Part shown: positions 57,983 to 64,000 of the stretch, in pieces | How positions within the stretch are numbered: the first letter of the stretch is position 1 | How the letters are laid out: each line of letters starts with the position of its first letter | IMG/VR virus record: IMGVR_UViG_3300003323_000115 | Location: 2,270 to 66,269 of that record | Reading direction: 5' to 3' (one strand) | From: a virus | Length of the DNA stretch: 64,000 bases | The notes under the pieces: model-generated | What the model was told of the DNA's origin: nothing | The model's input: the letters and a program-made list of their open reading frames with translations, nothing else | Database searches by the model: none | Program-made: the position numbers and the translations under genes

Positions 57983-58320
57983 GACATGATCCAAGACAGA
58001 AAGGCCTTGATGTTCTCCCGACTGGTGGCCATGAAAGTCAGGAGTGCTGCACCAGCAGCCCAGATGTAGCGCCCAGCAGCGCCAGCACCACTCACCTTGT
58101 GCTTGATGGTGATGAATTCTTCGATGGTCGGATTGGCCTTTGCCAGACTGGTTTCGACTGCCGAAACCTTGGCACTGAGCAATTGAACGGTGGTCTGTAG
58201 AGCCTCCATTTGCTCGTATTGACCCTTACGTGCCACCTTGGCTTCGCTGAGTTCTCGTTCAATCAGTTTCCATCGTTCGTCCTGTCGGGCGAGTTGGACT
58301 TCTACAGATTCACCAGACAT
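57979..58320 (-). CDS. Holin/antiholin-like protein (N4 gp63-like)
   Basis: N-terminal coiled coil plus one C-terminal TM segment; first gene of the lysis cassette. Confidence 0.65.
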   Translation of the reverse strand: MSGESVEVQLARQDERWKLIERELSEAKVARKGQYEQMEALQTTVQLLSAKVSAVETSLAKANPTIEEFITIKHKVSGAGAAGRYIWAAGAALLTFMATSRENIKAFLSWIMS

Positions 58321-58347
58321 GATTCATTCCTGTGTTTGGGCGGGGCC

Positions 58348-58383
58348 AAAAGAAAGCCCCGCTAGAGTTGAGCCTAGCGGGGC
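58348..58383 (-). terminator. Rho-independent terminator between the tail and lysis modules
   Basis: GCCCCGCTAG-GCTCAACT-CTAGCGGGGC followed by TTTCTTT. Confidence 0.85.
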
Positions 58384-58445
58384 GAACCATTTGCTGGCAG
58401 GGCGATTCTACCGCCCTGTGACGAATTGCAGCTATATGACTATTT

Positions 58446-58820
58446 TCAACTCTCTTCTGCGAAACCGTAGTGACTTGGCCAGGGTTGTAGTTTGTGCACA
58501 CCACGCAGCGAATGATCACAATCGTCAAGAAAAATGATTTCACCAGGCTGTGCGCCGTTGCATCCGACGAACGAATGACAGAGGGTCTTCTGAGGATACT
58601 GCTTTCCCTCGTAATCGTGCGCTGGGATGATGACATGCACGCTGGGGCTCAGGATTGGCGCATCGTAGTCGCCGTTGAAGTGCCAGTTGCGGTCAGGATC
58701 ACCGCCCTTGACGGCCACGCTGTGGGCGCACTCACAGCCGTGGCACCAGAACGTGATGCCCTCCTGTCCCGTGACTGAGTTGACCCAGCGCCGGATGCCG
58801 AATTGACCGTGTGCGCTCAT
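58446..58820 (-). CDS. DUF6527-like Cys/His protein
   Basis: FWCHGC..H...WHFNGD...PILSPSV...CHSFV...GEIIFLDDCDH.L.G; CAGGAG SD. Confidence 0.65.
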   Translation of the reverse strand: MSAHGQFGIRRWVNSVTGQEGITFWCHGCECAHSVAVKGGDPDRNWHFNGDYDAPILSPSVHVIIPAHDYEGKQYPQKTLCHSFVGCNGAQPGEIIFLDDCDHSLRGVHKLQPWPSHYGFAEES

Positions 58821-58837
58821 GCTGATCTTCTCCTGTT

Positions 58838-59311
58838 TCAGTTGTACAGCTCGACTTCAAGAAAGCTGTTTGGCACAGCCTTCAGCACCAGGGAATTGGC
58901 AACGTTCCAGTTGATGCGCACAGCCACGTAGTCGCCAGGAACAACGGCAAACTCAGACGTGAACGCCTGATAGTTACCGCCGCCGAAGCCTCCGCTCGCT
59001 TGCCATGCTTGCGTCTCGCCTTGTGCTGTGCCACCCGTCCCGTCGTCGGCCACGCCAGTCATGATCTTGAACGAAAAACCACCAGGGTTATTGTTGTTCG
59101 TGACTGTGAGGGAAGCGCGTGCCTTGGCCTTGGTGTAGCCAGCAGGCACCACGATCTGCCGACCATTCGACACACTCATGTCTCCAGCAGACCAGACGAT
59201 TACATTTGGACCAGAGGCGGCAGAACCAATATTGATGTCTGCCGACAGCTTGGCGCGAAGGAAACGCGATGGCAAAACGATGCCTGTGCGTGATGAGTTC
59301 GTTGATGCCAT
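58838..59311 (-). CDS. Stand-alone C1q/TNF-like jelly-roll protein, putative receptor-binding tip
   Basis: Beta-rich pattern IVVPAG...VVPGDYVAVRI...SFLEVEL; AAGGA SD. Confidence 0.55.
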   Translation of the reverse strand: MASTNSSRTGIVLPSRFLRAKLSADINIGSAASGPNVIVWSAGDMSVSNGRQIVVPAGYTKAKARASLTVTNNNNPGGFSFKIMTGVADDGTGGTAQGETQAWQASGGFGGGNYQAFTSEFAVVPGDYVAVRINWNVANSLVLKAVPNSFLEVELYN

Positions 59312-59320
59312 GGTGGTCCT

Positions 59321-59746
59321 TTAGAGCGATTGCCCTTGGAAATAGGTAAGTGCGGCGCCTCCGTTGATGTCTGTTGCGGTTCCTGTGAAGCAGCGCACGT
59401 CGTAGACATCGGTTCCAGAAGCTATGTCTTGCGCAGCCACGCCAGTTGCATTTGTCGATACAGGTTGATCACCTCGTGCAAATTCGACGCCATTTTTAAA
59501 AATGGAAATAACGATGCCGTTGGTGATTTGAGTGTTGACACTCACCGAGGCGTTCATGTGGATAAGACCGGCTGGCGGCGTCCATGCGCTTGATGCAAAG
59601 TCACCTCGTAGGTCGTAGCGCTCCGTGCCAAAACTCACAGGTAGGAAAGAGCCCGTTGAAAGGCTCTGTGTAGAACCATTCTTATGTGCAGAGAATGCCG
59701 ACACTCTGTTAGGAATTCCGGTTCTCGCAGGATTCGTCGTTGCCAT
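59321..59746 (-). CDS. Stand-alone gC1q-like protein, putative receptor-binding tip
   Basis: AFSA...Q...VSF..E.YD...F...WTPPAG...ASV...ISIFKNG matches the gC1q pattern. Confidence 0.65.
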   Translation of the reverse strand: MATTNPARTGIPNRVSAFSAHKNGSTQSLSTGSFLPVSFGTERYDLRGDFASSAWTPPAGLIHMNASVSVNTQITNGIVISIFKNGVEFARGDQPVSTNATGVAAQDIASGTDVYDVRCFTGTATDINGGAALTYFQGQSL

Positions 59747-59748
59747 GA

Positions 59749-61218
59749 TCAGGTGCCCATGTTGATCGTCACGCTGGCGGCAGTGCCACTGATCGCGGTG
59801 ACGTTGCTGCGCACGAAGGCATAGCGGTCGTCGCTCGTGAAGCTGTCGCTGACAGCCGCCGTGCCTAGCGTCAGGCTGAAGGTGCCGATCACATCCCAGT
59901 TCGTGCCGTTGTTAGAACCTTCGATGTTGATCGTCGCAGCACCCGTCGAGGTAGACACCGTGCCGAACGCTTGGAAGGTCTTGCGACCGGCTGGCGCTGC
60001 AGTCGAAGATCCTGCTACGACCGTAGTTGCCGCGTTTTGCAGCGTAGTCACTTGGACGGTACTACGAATATCGACCAGGGCGCCACGTGCAACTGAGCCG
60101 CGTGCACGGACCCACGCAAGAGCGTTGCCGTCGTAGTACATGTTGCCGAACGCAGGCAAAACGTCAGTACCGGTTCGGCTACGGAATAGTTGCGTGGTGT
60201 TGTTATTGATGGTGTCGCTGGTGTTCGATGAGCCTGCCATGGAAACAAGAACAGCACCGTCCACGTTCATCAGCAAGTCGCTACGCTGGCCGTTGGTGAG
60301 CGCCGTGGCCGAAGAGTTGTAGCGACCGCCGACCTTGACTGGATTGCCCGAGTCGGTGCCTGCATGTGCAACCCCGCCTTCGACCCACAGACCGCGCTTC
60401 GAGCCACGGAAGCGACTGAGGAACGTCGTGTCGGTGTCATAGAGGTAGCCCAGCGAACGATTCGACTGGTAGGTATTGCTCAGCGACAGGTCGTCCACTG
60501 CGGAGCCTGCGCTGTCCGTGAAGAACTTCCACAGCCCCTTCAGCACGGCGATGATGCTGCCGCTCGATGTAGCGCTTGCAGCCGCTGCATCTGCCGGCGC
60601 ACCAGCTGCCGTAGCAATGGTGCCGAGCGACGTGTTGCCCGTGGTCTGAGCAGCGCTCGTTGCAGCACCGCTGGGAAGCGGCAGGCTCGCCACGCTGACG
60701 GGCGACGTGACACCACTGGGATCGACAGGAATACGACCCGAAACAAGTGCCGGAGTTTTCCCATCGATATTGGAAAGACTGGTATTGCCAGTGTCCTGCT
60801 TTGCAGCAGTGGCATTCGTGCCATCCTTTAGCGAGGTGGTTTGCGTTGCCAGAGCCGCAACCAATTGAGCATTGGTGGCACCACCACCGCCACCTGCCAG
60901 ATCGATGTCTGCTGCCAGAGGTGCAGAAGCCAGATTGGTACGAGTCGTCTGGTTGTACCAGACCGAGGACTCGATGGCAGGGCTTGCACCACTGACATTG
61001 ACCACCAGAGTTCCAGTGATCAGATCACCTTGAGATGCACCCGTGAATGCCTTGTTCGCGGTGTACGACAGGGTGATGAGTTCCTTGTCGGGACCACCAG
61101 AACCACCGCCGCCGCCAGCATCGACGAGTTCGCCAATGCCTTCAGCAATGTCCTCAAGGACATCGAGTTGATTCCGACGTGCAGGCGGTTGAGCAGACGG
61201 GATGGTGTTGTGAGACAT
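59749..61218 (-). CDS. Putative tail fibre or appendage protein
   Basis: Ala/Thr/Gly/Ser-rich, internal repeats, beta-rich C-terminal domain; position in the tail region. Confidence 0.65.
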   Translation of the reverse strand: MSHNTIPSAQPPARRNQLDVLEDIAEGIGELVDAGGGGGSGGPDKELITLSYTANKAFTGASQGDLITGTLVVNVSGASPAIESSVWYNQTTRTNLASAPLAADIDLAGGGGGATNAQLVAALATQTTSLKDGTNATAAKQDTGNTSLSNIDGKTPALVSGRIPVDPSGVTSPVSVASLPLPSGAATSAAQTTGNTSLGTIATAAGAPADAAAASATSSGSIIAVLKGLWKFFTDSAGSAVDDLSLSNTYQSNRSLGYLYDTDTTFLSRFRGSKRGLWVEGGVAHAGTDSGNPVKVGGRYNSSATALTNGQRSDLLMNVDGAVLVSMAGSSNTSDTINNNTTQLFRSRTGTDVLPAFGNMYYDGNALAWVRARGSVARGALVDIRSTVQVTTLQNAATTVVAGSSTAAPAGRKTFQAFGTVSTSTGAATINIEGSNNGTNWDVIGTFSLTLGTAAVSDSFTSDDRYAFVRSNVTAISGTAASVTINMGT

Positions 61219-61250
61219 GGCAATCTTTCAAGTAAGTTGCAAGTGCTACA

Positions 61251-62432
61251 TTAGCACCCGCAGATTTTAGCGGTTGTGACAATCACGCTGTCACGTGATA
61301 CAGCCGAGTAGTCCCACAGGTAAACCGTGGGCACTTCAGCTTCGAGTGCATGACCCCAAGCGTCATCCACATTCCGCCAAGTGCGGCGCAGATTGCTCGA
61401 AGAACCAACAGGACCAAGCGTATAGCTGACCTGTCCAATGCCGTAGCCAAGTTGCTCCAGAGCCAAGTCAAAAGACTCAGACACCCTAGAAGTCTCACCA
61501 GCGGCAACCCATGAATTGTCCTCTACCCTGATGAAGTTGTATCGGGGCGACGACCAGTGTGTGACTGCTTGGTTCAAAGCCAGAACATTTGCAGATTCCG
61601 GCTCCAGAACCTTGACTGCATCGATTGAGATGCCGACTTGAGCCGTGGGCTGGCCTGTCAGAACAGACGTACCCAGTGCGTCTTGCCAGCCAGTCAGCAG
61701 ACTGTTCAGGTAGATCAGATAGGCTGCTTGGGTCGCATCAGCAGTGTGCACATTCGAGATCTTGGGTTCCGGTACCGTACCGAACCCGTCTTGAGCAGCA
61801 GCATCGTAGATGTAGGGCAGACCATCAGAATTGACCTGCCACCCTTCATTGTTGACTTCGAAGCGTGCAACCTGCCCGAGACCAACAGGATCCTGCAAGG
61901 CTTGAACCAAGACAGAAACAGAGAAGGCCCGAGCAGCCGTACTGGCGTAGCTGATGCGATCACCAGCATTGCCATTCAGATCTCTTTGGATCCAAGCAGC
62001 AGGGGTGTAGTCATTGATCTGCCCAGGCAAATAGAAAGTCTGCCGGAAACCAGCAGTTTGCAGTGCCTGGGCGAATTGCGTCAGATAGGACTTCACCGGG
62101 CCATTCATGGTCCCGGTTTCATCGATATGACGCTGTAATTCATAGGCAGTTGGCGTATCCGTCAGACGAGGCGGATTCGGATTCGACGTGCCGAATTGGG
62201 TCAACATGGCCGAAGCCAGTTGAGCAGCAATTAGCCTATTCGTGGGCGCATTGAGAAGGTATCGACCCTGCCCACGCACAGAGACGTAGGCATCGGGCGG
62301 GTAATCCTTCGTCAATGCACCCATGAACGTATAGGGATCAGCATCGATGATCTCTTGCTGAAATGCCCGGATCAGGGTCTTCACAGCTTCCTGATCCGCC
62401 TCCGGACGCAATACAACAGCAGATTGGCTCAT
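61251..62432 (-). CDS. Putative tail/structural protein
   Basis: AGGA SD before MSQSAV at 62432; position in the tail region. Confidence 0.6.
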   Translation of the reverse strand: MSQSAVVLRPEADQEAVKTLIRAFQQEIIDADPYTFMGALTKDYPPDAYVSVRGQGRYLLNAPTNRLIAAQLASAMLTQFGTSNPNPPRLTDTPTAYELQRHIDETGTMNGPVKSYLTQFAQALQTAGFRQTFYLPGQINDYTPAAWIQRDLNGNAGDRISYASTAARAFSVSVLVQALQDPVGLGQVARFEVNNEGWQVNSDGLPYIYDAAAQDGFGTVPEPKISNVHTADATQAAYLIYLNSLLTGWQDALGTSVLTGQPTAQVGISIDAVKVLEPESANVLALNQAVTHWSSPRYNFIRVEDNSWVAAGETSRVSESFDLALEQLGYGIGQVSYTLGPVGSSSNLRRTWRNVDDAWGHALEAEVPTVYLWDYSAVSRDSVIVTTAKICGC

Positions 62433-62442
62433 GATTTTTCTT

Positions 62443-64000
62443 TCAGGAATTCGTCGGGTCTTCGAACTTGCCAATGATACGCAGGGCGTAAACGAAGCCA
62501 TTTCCGCCCCAAGTCAGGCGACGGGTATATCCACCTGCATTGGCAGCAAGCACCATAGCCTGTTGGACATTCGGAATTGGACCACGCCATTCATTGACTG
62601 CGGTTGAACCCTCAGCCGTATAGAAGCCAGAAGGCGTTCCATCACCAGTCCAGGAAATCGGAACAGTGATCGAAGTGGTAGGTGCATACGGAGTCGTCGT
62701 GCTACCACCACTGGAGCTCACTTCCTGGGTACTTCCTTCACGGAAAGACTCACGGCAATTTAAGCCACTGCTGGAAATGAATTCCTCGTACTGGCCTGCA
62801 TTGGTGAACGTACCCGGATATGCCGGAAGACTCGATTCAGGCGCAATCTGGTAATACCGGATCTTGTTGTAGTTGTGGTCGTCATTGGTGCCAGACGGGT
62901 CAACTTTGTCCAGCAACTTGTACGAACGAACCTGCTTACCGGCAGGCGCTGCAATACCCCAGGTCAGATTGCGAGTTGCACCGATCCTGGAAACACGCCG
63001 ATCAAACGTATTGAGTTCAGTCACACCACTGGAAGTGGCAGTGTGTGTTCCCGTAGTGTCATCGACAATTCGGATCAGATTGTTCGAACCAATCATGAAG
63101 GTATTGAATTGGGAATTCACCCACGAATTGATCGAATCGATACCACCAGCCAGAACACCAGAACTCGGGGGAGCCATGCGAACCGGGGCAGTCAGTACGG
63201 GAGTGCTCTCATTGATCCGGGATACCTGGATGTTCCAGGTAGCGTAAGGCGACGATCCAACCTGAGGAACAGATTGGGTGAAGCTCGCAGATCCCGCAGC
63301 AATTTCACCATCGCTCAGCAAGGTACCAGCCAGATTCTTGGCCTCAATGGTCATTGCACCGCCCTTGGCAAAGCTGTCGGAAATTCCAACACGGGAATAA
63401 CCATTGATCAGCTTGAACCCAGAAGAGGTTTGCTCGATTTCTGGAACTTCAGGGAAGCTATACGTTTCGGTGAGACGGCACGCGGTAATAGCAAAGGTCA
63501 ATGGCATACGAGCCACCAAGTCATTTGCATCGGTGAAGATCACCTTGCGGGTCATCCTCACCTCCCCCAGGAAAGCCGGGGAATTCTTCGTCAGCTTGGT
63601 CTGATAAACGAATTGACCAGGACGATCCAGCACCACACTGGCAATATCAGTCCAGGTCTGGAATTCAGAACCATCAGTCGGAACCAAGGCAAAAAGAAGA
63701 TCCGTCCAGGTATCGAATTCACCCGAGTCATCGAGTTGAACAGTAACCGGATATTCGATATCCGGACTGTCGAGCTTCATCCAGGTGGCAATGGTCAGTT
63801 CAGCCTGGATGCTGCTTTCATCGAACTTCTTCTTGTCCCAGTAGACGTATTGGCGCAGCACATCATTCTTCGCCAACAGGAATCCAGGACCACTATTCCA
63901 AGTGGTCGAGTCAATGGGAACACTATTCTTGAAAGCCATGAATGGCAGGTCGTCCTGAACAGTGTCATTGCCGAAGATGAAATTAGAGAAATAGGTGTCA
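62443..64000 (-). CDS. Putative tail protein (5' partial; frame stays open to the window edge)
   Basis: Upstream of ATG 63939 the frame reads DTYFSNFIFGNDTVQDDLPF with no stop; Ser/Thr-rich beta-type composition. Confidence 0.65.
   Translation of the reverse strand, partial: DTYFSNFIFGNDTVQDDLPFMAFKNSVPIDSTTWNSGPGFLLAKNDVLRQYVYWDKKKFDESSIQAELTIATWMKLDSPDIEYPVTVQLDDSGEFDTWTDLLFALVPTDGSEFQTWTDIASVVLDRPGQFVYQTKLTKNSPAFLGEVRMTRKVIFTDANDLVARMPLTFAITACRLTETYSFPEVPEIEQTSSGFKLINGYSRVGISDSFAKGGAMTIEAKNLAGTLLSDGEIAAGSASFTQSVPQVGSSPYATWNIQVSRINESTPVLTAPVRMAPPSSGVLAGGIDSINSWVNSQFNTFMIGSNNLIRIVDDTTGTHTATSSGVTELNTFDRRVSRIGATRNLTWGIAAPAGKQVRSYKLLDKVDPSGTNDDHNYNKIRYYQIAPESSLPAYPGTFTNAGQYEEFISSSGLNCRESFREGSTQEVSSSGGSTTTPYAPTTSITVPISWTGDGTPSGFYTAEGSTAVNEWRGPIPNVQQAMVLAANAGGYTRRLTWGGNGFVYALRIIGKFEDPTNS

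Noticed and set aside
58397-58417. Hairpin CAGGGCG-ATTCTAC-CGCCCTG with TAGAAT on the - strand as a lysis promoter
   Set aside because: No -35 at proper spacing, and it lies upstream of the terminator, so it would not transcribe the lysis genes.
58838-61218. Diversity-generating retroelement or invertase switch acting on the receptor-binding genes
   Set aside because: No reverse transcriptase, recombinase, TR/VR near-identical repeat or flanking inverted repeats seen in the window.
1-64000. tRNA, rRNA, CRISPR array, integrase, transposase, terminal repeats
   Set aside because: None recognised by eye; intergenic gaps are short, and the genome ends and terminase lie outside the window. tRNAscan-SE would settle the tRNA question.

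Overview
This 64 kb window is most of the genome of a lytic N4-like podophage (Schitoviridae type). It is truncated at both ends: it starts one base inside an N4 gp2-like gene and ends inside a putative tail gene. The + strand (1-33.7 kb) carries early and middle genes: gp2-like activator, many small accessory ORFs, split T7-type RNAP II (RNAP1 and RNAP2), an Ig-domain decoration protein, HNH, a MoxR AAA and vWA/HExxH pair, dCTP deaminase, ThyX, rIIA/rIIB, a MazG-like NTPase, helicase, family A DNA polymerase, nuclease, primase, Sak4-like ATPase, SSB and a RuvC-like resolvase. The - strand (33.7-64 kb) carries the 3550-aa virion RNA polymerase, ejection and structural proteins, major capsid protein, portal, a four-part lysis cassette and a mosaic tail/receptor-binding region. 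I saw no tRNA, rRNA, CRISPR array, integrase or transposase, and the host cannot be determined from sequence alone. Family assignments come from motif recognition and N4 synteny, not from database searches. Most interesting observations: a DUF6527-like Cys/His protein next to two stand-alone C1q-like modules that share an N-terminal peptide; a tandem array of four divergent early paralogs; a 12-mer (CTGAACCAAGGA) and an 8-mer (TTCATTTC) recurring at gene junctions; an early SLOG plus Macro-like pair; and a gene inserted between the central terminator and the vRNAP stop.
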